From NCBI GenBank assembly GCA_000092065.1, contig CP000595.1: DNA of 64,000 nucleotides. The stretch is one strand, 5' to 3'. The DNA comes from Ostreococcus lucimarinus. Lineage: Eukaryota. The notes beneath the pieces are model-generated. The model worked only from the letters and a program-made list of their open reading frames with translations. It made no database searches and had not been told where the DNA came from. Each line of letters opens with the position of its first letter. Position 1 is the first letter of the stretch. This document shows positions 8,800-18,651 of this stretch, piece after piece. The position numbers and the translations under genes were made by a program.

Positions 8800-10329
8800 C
8801 TAAAACGCGTCGTCGACCTCGCACCCGAATAACGCGCGCGCCATTCGCCCGACGATCATCTCCAACAGCGCCGGTTCGCGCGCCGCGGCGTCGATGAAGC
8901 CTTCGACGTGGCGCAAACGTTCGTGGCCGTCGACGTCGACGTCGTCGTCGTCCGCGACGTTTCGCGGCGCTAATTTCACGCGCATCATAGCGCGCGTGGG
9001 GTTGACGTGCGCGTGCACGCACAGCAGTAGCGTTCGCACGGATTCGCGAAACGCCGCGGGAAAGTTTTTGTGCGACGCGCGACTCCAGCGCGTGGGATTG
9101 CCGACGCGCCAGCAGTGCGCGACGCCGCCGTCACACGTCGCGCCATACATCTCATCTCGAGCGGGCGTGATCGCGAGCAAGCTTGGAAGCGTTCGTCTGT
9201 GCCCGCTCGTGTCGTGAAAGTGCTGCGCCGGGTGAAGCGAGGTGATCAACGCGCCGTTGCCCGGATTGATGACCCAAATCGCGCCGTCGCGATGCGCCAA
9301 GAATAAGCTCCCGCCCACGCTGCACAGCGAACCGCAGTCGATGAAGACGTTGGACGCGCCGAGCCCTTCGATGCTAAACCGATTCACCTCCGCGCCGTCC
9401 TCGGCGTCTAAAATCACGAGCTTTACGGACGAATCCGGAGCCGCGTACGTCGTCCCGTGCACCATCTCCTCGCACGAGCACGTCGCCGCGCGAGACGACA
9501 ACGTCCCTCCCCTGTCGATCACGGCCGCGCCGGCGAGAAACACCCCTCGTCCCGGCTCGCGCCTCGAGCGCCAAATCAACCGCGCGCGCCCGAGATCGTT
9601 CACCTCCACCGCCGCGACGCTCTTTTGATCCATCGACGTCGCGACGAATCCGTCGCCGCCCAACGCCGCGTACGCCGACGTCGTCCCCAACCACGTGCTC
9701 TTCGCCATCGACGCGAATCCCTTCGCCTCTCCCGAAGCCGTCGACGGCGACAGCGTCTCGACGTCCCACACCGCCAGGCTCGCCCCCCCGGAGCCGTGCC
9801 GCGCGACCAACGTCCCCGCGCGCCGCGCTCGACCGACGACGACCAGCCGCGCGCACCGCGTCGCCGACGCGTCCCGCGCCCGACCCCATCCCGCGTCCCA
9901 TCCCGGCGGCGTCAGCGTCGCCACTTTACTCGCCTCCATCCCGCGCTCGCGCGCGCATCGATACACCCACACCGACCCGTCCGTCATCCCGACGGCGAAC
10001 TCGTCCGCGTCGTCGCGCGTCGCCGCCGCGCTCGCGCACCCTCGCGCGCCTCGCGCGCGCCGCCACACCCCCCGACCGCGCCCGCGCGGCGCGAAGTACA
10101 CGACGCCGTCCCCCGGCGCGCTCGGCGCGCATCCCGCGCACGCGACGACGCCGCGCGACGTCGCGAGCGCGTGACACTCGAACCGCGTCGCGCCTTCGTC
10201 GTCGCTCGACGCGTCGCCGTCGGCGTTCGAGACGCCGATCGAGACGCGACGCGCCGGGCGATCGACGTAGTCGTCCGCGGCGCGCTCGAGCACGACGGCG
10301 CTCCGCGAGCGCGCGCCGCGCGGACGCAT
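8800..10329 (-). CDS. Hypothetical protein of WD40/beta-propeller type.
   Basis: A 509-aa ORF with several WD-like strands (SVWVYRC, LAVWDVETL, VAHCWRV). It pairs divergently with the DOHH gene. Confidence 0.45.
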   Translation of the reverse strand: MRPRGARSRSAVVLERAADDYVDRPARRVSIGVSNADGDASSDDEGATRFECHALATSRGVVACAGCAPSAPGDGVVYFAPRGRGRGVWRRARGARGCASAAATRDDADEFAVGMTDGSVWVYRCARERGMEASKVATLTPPGWDAGWGRARDASATRCARLVVVGRARRAGTLVARHGSGGASLAVWDVETLSPSTASGEAKGFASMAKSTWLGTTSAYAALGGDGFVATSMDQKSVAAVEVNDLGRARLIWRSRREPGRGVFLAGAAVIDRGGTLSSRAATCSCEEMVHGTTYAAPDSSVKLVILDAEDGAEVNRFSIEGLGASNVFIDCGSLCSVGGSLFLAHRDGAIWVINPGNGALITSLHPAQHFHDTSGHRRTLPSLLAITPARDEMYGATCDGGVAHCWRVGNPTRWSRASHKNFPAAFRESVRTLLLCVHAHVNPTRAMMRVKLAPRNVADDDDVDVDGHERLRHVEGFIDAAAREPALLEMIVGRMARALFGCEVDDAF

Positions 10330-10406
10330 CCCGCGGTGTGACGATTACACGCCGCACTCGCCGACGCGCGACGACGCGCGACGACGCGCGTGCCGGCGTT
10401 CTCGAG

Positions 10407-11456
10407 ATGCCGGAAGACGCCGCGACAACCGACGCCGTCGCGCGCGCCACCGCGACGCTCGGCGACGCGCGCGCGCCGACGCCCGCGCGCTTCTCCGCGC
10501 TCTTCCAGCTCCGCGCGCTCGCGACGCCCGACGCCGTCGACGCGCTCGTCGAGCGGCTGCGCGCGTCGCGCTCGGATTCGGCGCTCGTGCGGCACGAGTG
10601 CGCGTTCGCGCTGGGGCAGATGCGCGCGCGACGCGCGATCGACGCGCTGATGGAGACGCTGCGGGACGGCGACGACGACGGGATGGTTCGACACGAGTGC
10701 GCCGAGGCGCTGGGCGCGATCGCGAGCGACGATGGACGATGCGCGACGGCGCTGAGGGAAGCGGCGGGGGATGCGCGCCGGGAGGTGGCGGAGACGGCGG
10801 CGCTGGCGCTGAGGAAACTGGAGATGTGCGGCGCGGGGGGCGCGAGGGACACGGGGAGCGCGACGGGGAGCGCGAAGGAACGCGCGAGTCGACGACGCGA
10901 CGACGGAGGGACGACGGGGGGGGCAGAGGAGGGTAAAACGGAGACGACGTGTTTGAGCGTCGATCCGATCCCGGCGATGCCGACGGAGACGCCGTTCGAG
11001 CGATTGAAGGCGGTGGTTTTGGACGACGCGCACGAAATGTGGGAGCGGTACGCGGCGATGTTCGCGTTGCGGAATAAATCGTGCGCCGATCGAGAATCCA
11101 GCGACGCGTGCGCGGACGTCCTGGGCGAGGTTTTGAGCGCGAGCGGGAGCGCGCTGCTGAAGCACGAGGTGTGCTACGTGTTGGGGCAATTACAGAGCGC
11201 GAGCCCGGGGGCGCGAGACGCGTTGATTCGATGCCTCGAAGACTCGCGCGAGCACCCCATGGTGCGTCACGAAGCCGCCGAAGCGCTCGGATCGATCGCG
11301 CATCCGAGCACGCGAGGGTACCTCGAGTCGTTCGCGTCCGATCCCGAGCCCATCATCGCCGAATCGTGCGAAGTGGCGCTCGAAATCATGCGCCGAGAGC
11401 GCGAGGGCGAAATCGTCACCGCCGACGGCGCCGTCGTCGCCGTCAAACGCGACTGA
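10407..11456 (+). CDS. DOHH: Deoxyhypusine hydroxylase (DOHH).
   Basis: Four His-Glu HEAT-repeat motifs: VRHECAFALGQM, MVRHECAEALGAI, LKHEVCYVLGQL and MVRHEAAEALGSI. This is the di-iron HE-motif architecture diagnostic of DOHH. Confidence 0.85.
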   Translation: MPEDAATTDAVARATATLGDARAPTPARFSALFQLRALATPDAVDALVERLRASRSDSALVRHECAFALGQMRARRAIDALMETLRDGDDDGMVRHECAEALGAIASDDGRCATALREAAGDARREVAETAALALRKLEMCGAGGARDTGSATGSAKERASRRRDDGGTTGGAEEGKTETTCLSVDPIPAMPTETPFERLKAVVLDDAHEMWERYAAMFALRNKSCADRESSDACADVLGEVLSASGSALLKHEVCYVLGQLQSASPGARDALIRCLEDSREHPMVRHEAAEALGSIAHPSTRGYLESFASDPEPIIAESCEVALEIMRREREGEIVTADGAVVAVKRD

Positions 11457-11498
11457 GCGCCACCGCGCGATACCGCGCGATACCGCGCGCGTCTACGT

Positions 11499-11505
11499 TT
11501 TATAA
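11499..11505 (+). promoter_or_regulatory. TATA-like box (TATAAAA) about 120 bp upstream of the SF3B6 ATG.
   Basis: An AT-rich ttttataaaatg stretch inside an otherwise GC-rich intergenic region. Confidence 0.35.
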
Positions 11506-11623
11506 AATGCGCACGCGCACGCATTCATCGCCGCGTATTCATCGCGCGCGCTCGAAGAGATTTCCTCGCGTCCCGACGCGCGTCCCGGTCGCCGCGGCGC
11601 AACCCTCCCCACAATCCCACGCC

Positions 11624-11992
11624 ATGACCGCCAACCTCGCCTCCCGTCCCCTCGCCCGCCTCCCGCCCGAGGTCAACCGCACGCTGTACGTCCGTAACCT
11701 CCCCTTCAACGTCAGCAGCGAGGACATGCACGAGATATTCGGTAAATACGGCGCCCTGCGACAGATTCGCCTCGGGACGACCAAGGCGACCAAGGGCACC
11801 GCCTACGTCGTCTACGAGGACATCCACGACGCCAAGCAGGCGTGCGAGCACCTCAGCGGATTCAACGTCGCGAACCGCTACCTGATCGTGCTGTATCACC
11901 AGAGCGGAAAGGCGACGCAGAGCGTCGAGCGACGCGCGGCGGAGACGGCGCGTCTGCAGCGCGAGCACGGCGTCTCGGGAACGCAAACCTGA
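11624..11992 (+). CDS. SF3B6: Splicing factor 3B subunit 6 (SF3b14a/p14), an RRM protein.
   Basis: MTANLASRPLARLPPEVNRTLYVRNLPFNVSSEDMHEIFGKYGALRQIRLGTTKATKGTAYVVYEDIHDAKQACEHLSGFNVANRYLIVLYHQ is near-identical in pattern to p14 (RLPPEVNRILYIRNLP...GTAYVVYEDIFDAK...LSGFNV.NRYLVVLYY). Confidence 0.85.
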   Translation: MTANLASRPLARLPPEVNRTLYVRNLPFNVSSEDMHEIFGKYGALRQIRLGTTKATKGTAYVVYEDIHDAKQACEHLSGFNVANRYLIVLYHQSGKATQSVERRAAETARLQREHGVSGTQT

Positions 11993-12407
11993 CGCTCGAC
12001 GCCCGCGAGCGCGATATTTTAGCGCGTGTAACGATAGTGATTAGCGTACTAGTGCCGAACGCGGCGCCGCGGACGCGGTCGGATTCATCGCGTCGCGTCG
12101 CGTCGCCGTCGTCGCCACTCGTCGCCTCGCGCGACGCGAATGCGCTCGAGCGCGCGACCGTACGTCGCGGGTGCGCTCATTTTGTGGGCCGTCGCGCTGC
12201 AGGCGCACGTGTGGAGCATCCCGGACGCGGAGTTGAGGCGATTGCGCGGAGATTCGCGCGTGTCTTTCGTCCCCAGCGCGCGCGGGGTGCATGCGCGCGG
12301 GGCGAGGCGCGACGGCGACGACGACGACGACGCGAGCGCGCGGCGACGCGATTAAAGCGAAACGCTCGAAGGTCGCGCGAACGACGCGCGCAAACGCGCG
12401 GCGAGTC

Positions 12408-14894
12408 ATGGCGGGAGAGGCGGCGGCGATCGACGTGACGACGCTGCTGTCGACGTGCGTCGACGCGGCGGGACGCGGGTGCGCGGAGATACGGCGAGTG
12501 CAAAAAGCGCGCGATGAAGCGGCGAGCGACGATGAGAGCGCGTTCGTGGTGACGAGAAAAGTGGCGAGCGATCCGCGGTCGGCGCTGACGGAGGCGGACG
12601 TGGCGGCGCAGAGCGCGATCGTGAGCGCGTTGAGGGCGCGGTGGCCGACGGTGAAAATCGTGGGCGAGGAGGACGAAAACGACGACGCGGCGCCGATGAG
12701 CCCGAAGCGAGGGGCGCCGCTACGCGAGGATTTGTGTGCGGCGATTGAAACGTGCGATGACGCGCGATTGCGGACGATGCGGGTGAAAAGCGAGGACGTG
12801 ACGGTGTTCATCGATCCCGTGGACGGGACGCGAGAATTCGTCGAGTCGCGTCTGCGCGCGGTGCAGTGCTTGATCGGAATCGCCGTGCGCGGACGCGCGG
12901 TGGCGGGTGCGATCGGGTTGCCGTTTCCTGATGGTGACGTCGCGTCGTCGGAGGCGTGCGTGGTGTACGGCGCGGTGGCGCCGGGGGCGAAGCGCGGCGC
13001 CGTGGGCGCGCACGGCGAGCGCGGCGCCGCTCTCGAGATACGATTCGACGCAGAGAACGCGCAGGTGCGCTCGGTGACGGGAGATTCCAAAAATGCGGCG
13101 TTAATCGCGGCGAAAGAGATTTTGCGAGAGACGGCGACGAAAAGCGGGGCGACGTACGCGCACGGCTCGATCGGCGGCGCCGGGAATAAATTGCTCGCCG
13201 TCGCGGAAGGTCGCGCCGAGTACGCTTTGATGCACTTCGGGACGTCGCTGTGGGACACGTGCGCACCCGAAGCGATCGTTCGCGCGTGCGGGGGGAAAGT
13301 GACGGATTTATACGGCGCGCCGCTGATGCATTACGAAGACTCGCCGGGGGGGTTGGTGAACCAACTCGGCGTCGTCGGTTCGTCCGCCGCGTGCGAAGGC
13401 GCGATTTCGCACGACGCCGTGTGCTCGGAGATGCGTGGAAACGAAGACTTGAAGAAGATGCTGAATCGCTTCACGGGTGGTGATAGCTCGCTCGCATTCG
13501 GCGGCGATGAAATTCAGGCGAGCGACGTCGCGCGGTGTTTGGGCGGCGGACCGTTGTCGGCGCGAGACGTCGGCGACCGCGTCGCGCGCGCCGTCGGCGC
13601 CGAAGGCGACGTCTCGCTTTCCGGATACTCCGCCCCCGAGCGCGACGCCGTGCGCGGTTTGATGAGCGATGCGTGTCGTATCTATTTCAAATGGTCCACA
13701 GACGACGACGGTCGTCTGCCCCGGTCGGCGTTCTACAAAAAAGTCGACATGGGCAATCTCGAATACATGCGCACCAAGCAAGTCACGCAACCGCTCAAAA
13801 TTGCGCGCGACAGTAAATCGTACGCCGTCGAGGCGTCGTTTCTCGCCTCGGACGCGTGTAAGGCGCTCGAAGAAGCGGGCATCGGCGTACCGATATGCTA
13901 CGCCGCCGACTTGCGACCGGTGCACGACGACCCGATCGAGAGCAAGTTTTCCCTCTTGCTCGAAGACTTTCACCCGAGCGACGGTTGGGAACAGGCGAAG
14001 ATGCTTCGACCGGATCAAGCCAAATGCGCGCTCAGAGCGCTCGCGCGCATGCACGCGTTCTTCCTTCCGGGAAGTCGCTTCCGAAAGTCATCGAAAGCCG
14101 CGAATGAGGATCTTCTCGCCACGGTTTGGAGCTCGGGCGGATATTGGCAACCGAACATGCAACCGGACGATCAGATGGACGTCGTGGCGAGCGCGTGGGA
14201 GCAGCATATGTCCAGCTTCGGCGCCGCGATTGAGGCCGAGCCGACGATCGACATCGCCGTGGCGCGAACCGTCGGTGCGAGATTACAGTCGCACGCGCGT
14301 CGAATAGGCGCGGAGACGCACCCGTTTTCGGGATGTCCGGGCGCCGACGACGCGTTGCGACACGGCGGCGAGAGACTGGCGGCGCTGCAAACCGTCATCC
14401 ACGGTGATCCGAAATCGGGTAACATTTTTGAGCGACGCGCGGGGGAGTCCGACGAATGGGAAATCGGTCTGATCGATTTCCAATGGACCGGGATCGGGCT
14501 CGGCGGTACGGATGTCGGGCATTTTATGTGCGCGTCCGTGGCGCCGGAGGGGCTGAGCGCCGACGGCGCCGCGGAAAACGCACTCGTCGACGTGTACTAC
14601 GACGCGTTTTGTGAAGCCGCGGCGGAATTCGGCGCGGTGTCGAGTAAAGAAAACGCTGGCGAAGAGTTGCTCACGCGAGAAGAGTTACAAGTGCAGTATG
14701 AAAACGGAGTATTGGATACGATGCGATGCGTGTTTGGCTACCAGTGGCTTCGCGTCAAGGCGTCGCCCGAGTCGCTCGCGAAGAACGCACAGTCCATAGG
14801 GCGCAACAGTTACAACAAGTCGCTCCCGAACGCGTTGTGGATGATTCGCACTGCGGATTTGTATCTCAAGGCGCGCGAAGCGAGAGCGCATTAA
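12408..14894 (+). CDS. Two-domain fusion protein. The N-terminal domain is inositol-monophosphatase / 3'(2'),5'-bisphosphate-nucleotidase (PAP phosphatase) family. The C-terminal domain is an aminoglycoside-phosphotransferase / choline-kinase / EcKinase-like small-molecule kinase.
   Basis: The phosphatase part carries metal-site motifs IVGEEDE, DPVDGTREF and WDTCAPEAIV (DPIDGT / WD-x-AAG family). The kinase part has a Brenner-type catalytic loop IHGDPKSGNIF and a DFG-equivalent LIDFQWTG. It is one continuous ORF of 829 aa from the ATG at 12408. Confidence 0.7.
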   Translation: MAGEAAAIDVTTLLSTCVDAAGRGCAEIRRVQKARDEAASDDESAFVVTRKVASDPRSALTEADVAAQSAIVSALRARWPTVKIVGEEDENDDAAPMSPKRGAPLREDLCAAIETCDDARLRTMRVKSEDVTVFIDPVDGTREFVESRLRAVQCLIGIAVRGRAVAGAIGLPFPDGDVASSEACVVYGAVAPGAKRGAVGAHGERGAALEIRFDAENAQVRSVTGDSKNAALIAAKEILRETATKSGATYAHGSIGGAGNKLLAVAEGRAEYALMHFGTSLWDTCAPEAIVRACGGKVTDLYGAPLMHYEDSPGGLVNQLGVVGSSAACEGAISHDAVCSEMRGNEDLKKMLNRFTGGDSSLAFGGDEIQASDVARCLGGGPLSARDVGDRVARAVGAEGDVSLSGYSAPERDAVRGLMSDACRIYFKWSTDDDGRLPRSAFYKKVDMGNLEYMRTKQVTQPLKIARDSKSYAVEASFLASDACKALEEAGIGVPICYAADLRPVHDDPIESKFSLLLEDFHPSDGWEQAKMLRPDQAKCALRALARMHAFFLPGSRFRKSSKAANEDLLATVWSSGGYWQPNMQPDDQMDVVASAWEQHMSSFGAAIEAEPTIDIAVARTVGARLQSHARRIGAETHPFSGCPGADDALRHGGERLAALQTVIHGDPKSGNIFERRAGESDEWEIGLIDFQWTGIGLGGTDVGHFMCASVAPEGLSADGAAENALVDVYYDAFCEAAAEFGAVSSKENAGEELLTREELQVQYENGVLDTMRCVFGYQWLRVKASPESLAKNAQSIGRNSYNKSLPNALWMIRTADLYLKAREARAH

Positions 14895-14927
14895 ATGATT
14901 TGTTGAGTAAGATATGAGTTGAAATTT

Positions 14928-16388
14928 TCACGCGCACACGCTCTTCTTCGATCGAAGCTCGACGGTGTATTTGTCTGGAATCGCGTCGCGCTCCATTTCT
15001 TTGACTTTACGCTCGCGAATTTGTTCAAGTAAAACGTGCGTTTGTCTTTCGCGCCGGCGCGCCTCTTCAGCCTCTTCAGCCGCGCGCGCCTCCGCCCGTC
15101 GTTTCGCCTCTTCGTTGGATTGCATTTGATGGATTAAATCGCGCTTGTGCGCCGCCGCTGCCTCGCGCCGCGCCTCCTCTCTCTGCCGCTCCGCCAGCAG
15201 CTGCGCCTCGTACTCTCGTTTCAAACGTTCGGCGTTTTCTTTTTCGTTCTCCTTCTCGATGCGCTGCAATCGCACCTTTTCTTCGTGCTGCGCCACGCGA
15301 GCGGCGGCTAAATCTTCAAGCATTTGGCGTCGCTTGGCGCGTTCGGCGCGTTCCTTCTCGCGCGTCTGTCTGTCGTACTCATCTTGCAGCTTTTGAGCGC
15401 GAATAAAGTCTTGCTCGGCGCGACCATCGATGTACTTTTCTTGCATCGAACGAAGACGCGCGGTCTCGAGTTCGCGCGCTCGGCGCTGCGCTTCCTCCTC
15501 GGCGGCTTTGGCGGCGTCGCGCTCGGCTTTCAATCGCAAGTACTCCATCACGCGTTCATCTTCCGCGCGTTCGGCGCGCTCGGCCTCGGCTTTGCGCTTG
15601 ATTTGTTCTTCGTTTTCAGCGTTTATCTCGTCCAGAAGTTTCAGCGCGGCCACGCGCTTGCGCTGCTTGTCCGCGGCGTCCTCTTCGAAGGCGCGCTCGA
15701 TGTCTTCGACGCGCTTGCGAGATTCCCGCTCGCGGCGTTCCTGCTCCATCGCGCGCGCGCGCTCGCGCTCCGCGATTTGCTCGCGCAGCGTATCTGCGCC
15801 GAGTTTCATCTCGAACCTACGCTCGCGTTCGCGACGTTCCATGCGCGCGATCGCGGCGACGCGATCGCGCTCCATCTCCTCGTCCAACCGTCGCCGCTCC
15901 GCCTCGGCGGCGATTCGCAGCGCGCGCTTCTCCTCCACCTGCGCGTCTCGCGACGTCATAACCTTGCCGTACAAAACCATAGAATTCATCTCGCGCACGT
16001 CCGCGAGATCATTCTCGAGCTCAGCCGCCGCGCGCGCTCGAGTCTCCCCATCCGTCTCCTCTCGCACGGTGCGCCTCGGCGCCGCCGCGTCGCCCTCCCG
16101 CGCGTCCTCCGCGCCCCGATTCGTCTCCGCCTTCCCTCGCGCGCGCGCAGCGTCCGCCGCGCGCATGCGCTCGCGCCGCGCGCGCTCGCGCGCCGCCGCC
16201 TCCGTCCCACCGTCGCCCGCGCCCGCGTCCGCGTCCGCGTCCGCGTCCGCGCGCGTCGCTTCGTCTCGCTCCTCCCCGCCGTCGTCCCACCGCCCGCGCG
16301 CGCGTCGCGCCATCGCGCGCGCCTCCTCGCGCGTCACGCGCGAAAACCCACCGCGCGCGCCCGCCGCCGCGCGGTGGGTCGTCGCCAT
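14928..16388 (-). CDS. Charged coiled-coil protein (ER/K-rich, trichohyalin-plectin-homology type; CFAP45/CCDC-like).
   Basis: A 486-aa ORF dominated by ERRERE, EEKR and AEAERA heptad-like repeats. The N-terminus encodes DADADADAGAG from a (CGCGTC)n microsatellite. Confidence 0.5.
   Translation of the reverse strand: MATTHRAAAGARGGFSRVTREEARAMARRARGRWDDGGEERDEATRADADADADAGAGDGGTEAAARERARRERMRAADAARARGKAETNRGAEDAREGDAAAPRRTVREETDGETRARAAAELENDLADVREMNSMVLYGKVMTSRDAQVEEKRALRIAAEAERRRLDEEMERDRVAAIARMERRERERRFEMKLGADTLREQIAERERARAMEQERRERESRKRVEDIERAFEEDAADKQRKRVAALKLLDEINAENEEQIKRKAEAERAERAEDERVMEYLRLKAERDAAKAAEEEAQRRARELETARLRSMQEKYIDGRAEQDFIRAQKLQDEYDRQTREKERAERAKRRQMLEDLAAARVAQHEEKVRLQRIEKENEKENAERLKREYEAQLLAERQREEARREAAAAHKRDLIHQMQSNEEAKRRAEARAAEEAEEARRRERQTHVLLEQIRERKVKEMERDAIPDKYTVELRSKKSVCA
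16215..16252. repeat. Hexanucleotide microsatellite (CGCGTC) of about 5 copies, inside the coiled-coil gene.
   Basis: Direct reading shows cgcgtccgcgtccgcgtccgcgtccgcg. Confidence 0.8.
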
Positions 16389-16678
16389 CGTCGCGCGCCG
16401 GTCTCTCGCGTCGACGCGTCGACGCGTCGATTCGTCGATTCGCGTCGCTATTTTTAGCCGCGACGCGTCCGGTCGCCCCGCGCCCTCGCCGACGACGATC
16501 GCGCCCGAACGCGTCGCGCGATCGCGCGCGGCGGTATTATTTAACGCGCGCGTTTCGTTCGCGCGTCGTTCACGCGTCGTTTTCGCGTCGTTTCGGCGTC
16601 GTTTTCGCGTCGTTTTAAATCTTCAAGTCTCGAGACGCTCGAGCGAAACGATCGATTTTCGCGTCTGTGCGCGACGTT

Positions 16679-16709
<31 letters not shown>

Positions 16710-16717
16710 TCGTCGCG

Positions 16718-17767
16718 ATGGCGCGCGCGATACCGTCCGCGATGACGCGCGTCGACGCCGCGCCGTCGGCGAGCGCGTCGGCGCGCGCGTCGTCGGCGAC
16801 GCGCCGACACGCGCTCATGTTCGCGTGGCTCGGATTGATTCACGTCGACGTCGCGGTGACGGCGCTGGCGGTGTGGACGCTGCCGAGCGCGATGGCGGTG
16901 ACGGCGCTCGCGACGCTGGTCGCGGCGGCGGCGATCCCGCGGACGGTGGCGACGCCGAGGTGGGGCGCGCGGTTGGCGCGCGCGGTGACGAGGACGGCGA
17001 CGGCGTACTTTCCGACGCGATTGGAATTCGAAGACGAGGAGGCGTATCTGCGAGCGGTGAGGAACGAAGAGGCGTGCGTGATAGGACTGGAACCGCACGG
17101 GGTGCTGCCGCTGAGCGTGATATCGTTCGCGGAGTATTTTATGCACGATGAGGAGGGGGCGCGGCGACGAGGATTGACGCCGGCGGCGAGACGAGGCGCG
17201 CGGGCGCTGGCGAGCGCGGCGATATTTAAAGTCCCGCTCGTGAAACATCTGTGGACGTGGTTGGGGTTGGATCCGATCTCGAAGGCGTGCATGCTGAGGA
17301 TGCTGCGAGCGGGGAAGACGGCGGTGATCATTCCCGGCGGCGTCGCCGAGTGCATGGCGATGGAACGCGGCGTGGAGACGTTGTATTTGCGCAAGCGATA
17401 CGGATTCGTGAAGATCGCCATCGTGACCGGAGCGAAACTGATTCCCGCGTACACGTTCGGACAAAGTCGGACGTACGGGTACTGGCGGCTCGGGCCGCCG
17501 ATCGTGCCGAAATTCGTGGCGGATTGGATCGGGAAGACGTTTTCGTTCGCGCCGATTATTTTCTGGGGGAAATTTTGCACGCCCATCCCGTACGCGACGG
17601 CGCTCAACACGGTCGTGGGCAAACCGATCGAGGTTGAAAAAAACCCAGATCCGAGCAAGGAAGAGGTTCAGGCGAAATTGGACGAGTTTATCGACGCCAT
17701 GCGTTCGCTGTACGACAGTCACAAGGCGAGATTCGGTTACGAAGACGTTCGACTCGTGATTTGTTAG
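16718..17767 (+). CDS. Diacylglycerol O-acyltransferase type 2 / MGAT family acyltransferase.
   Basis: DGAT2-family motifs are present: EPHGVLPL (HPHG), AVIIPGGVAECM, and KLIPAYTFGQS / FGYWRLGPP. The hydrophobic N-terminus fits a membrane anchor. Confidence 0.75.
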   Translation: MARAIPSAMTRVDAAPSASASARASSATRRHALMFAWLGLIHVDVAVTALAVWTLPSAMAVTALATLVAAAAIPRTVATPRWGARLARAVTRTATAYFPTRLEFEDEEAYLRAVRNEEACVIGLEPHGVLPLSVISFAEYFMHDEEGARRRGLTPAARRGARALASAAIFKVPLVKHLWTWLGLDPISKACMLRMLRAGKTAVIIPGGVAECMAMERGVETLYLRKRYGFVKIAIVTGAKLIPAYTFGQSRTYGYWRLGPPIVPKFVADWIGKTFSFAPIIFWGKFCTPIPYATALNTVVGKPIEVEKNPDPSKEEVQAKLDEFIDAMRSLYDSHKARFGYEDVRLVIC

Positions 17768-17878
17768 GATTTGTTAGACACATCGAGCGGCCGCGCGATG
17801 TTAAATATAACGTTACAACGACGACAACGACGACAAACGCGGTCCGACGCGGCGCGCTATCGCCGCCTCAAACGCGCG

Positions 17879-18523
17879 CTATCGCACCGAACCAACCCGT
17901 TGCGTGAACAAAAAGTCCGGATACACCTTAGTCAGTCGCTCCAAGCTCGGCATCGTCATGTTCGCGATGATCTTCTCATTCTTCTCCACCAACGTCTTAA
18001 ACTCCTTCATGGAAATCACCCCATCCTTCGTCAAATCGCAATCCTCGAACGTTTTGTTCAGCACCGCCTCCATCATCTCCTTCGTCAGCGTCATCGCCTT
18101 CGACTGTCGCAGCACCGCCTCCAACATCTCTCGCACGTCCTCCCTTTCGATCGCGCCCGTCCCGCGCAAGTCATACACCCTAAATGCAAACTCCGTCTTC
18201 TCGTTTCGCGTCGCTTGCGGATGAAACACGCTCAAGCCTTTCACAAATTCCTCAAACGTCAACTGTCCGTCCCGCGCGCTGTCAAAGCACGCGAAGATTC
18301 GTTCGCTAAACAAATCTCTCGTCTTCCCTCCGTTCACTTCGCGGCCGAAGAGCGCGAGTTGGAACTCATCCGCGTCGATCGCGCCGTCGGCGTCGTGCGA
18401 GCGGCTCACCTTGGAGAAGACATCGCGCAAGACTCGAATTTGTCCCGGTCGAAAGTGTGTCTGGTCGGCGAGGCGTTGGCGCTCGCGCTCCTCGTCCACG
18501 GGACCGGAGGCGACGCAGCCCAT
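17879..18523 (-). CDS. Calcineurin B-like (CBL) EF-hand calcium sensor, N-myristoylation type.
   Basis: MGCVAS N-terminus, EF-hand loops (DADGAIDADEF, DSARDGQLTFEEF, DLRGTGAIEREDV, DLTKDGVISMKEF), and the CBL C-terminal signature NMTMPSLERLTKVYPDFLF (the FPSF motif region). Confidence 0.8.
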   Translation of the reverse strand: MGCVASGPVDEERERQRLADQTHFRPGQIRVLRDVFSKVSRSHDADGAIDADEFQLALFGREVNGGKTRDLFSERIFACFDSARDGQLTFEEFVKGLSVFHPQATRNEKTEFAFRVYDLRGTGAIEREDVREMLEAVLRQSKAMTLTKEMMEAVLNKTFEDCDLTKDGVISMKEFKTLVEKNEKIIANMTMPSLERLTKVYPDFLFTQRVGSVR

Positions 18524-18651
18524 GCGCGCGGGTGACGCGACGTTCGTCGCGCCGATTCGATGCGCGGTCGGACGAGGCGCGCGGCGCGGCGCGGCGCGGA
18601 GTGAGGCGAGCCCCTGCGGCGGTTTGGAATTGGTTTCGCGGCCAACAAGAG

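Noticed and set aside
9984-11189. Minus-strand ORFs of 401 aa and 308 aa.
   Set aside because: They are antisense to the DOHH gene and the WD gene and are low-complexity Arg/Ala.
12041-13258. Minus-strand ORF of 405 aa.
   Set aside because: It is antisense to the phosphatase-kinase gene. Its composition is Ala/Ser/Arg/Pro-rich and it has no motifs.
15430-17151. Plus-strand ORF of 573 aa.
   Set aside because: It is antisense to the coiled-coil gene and runs into the DGAT2 promoter. It is an Ser/Arg/Ala homopolymer-like sequence.
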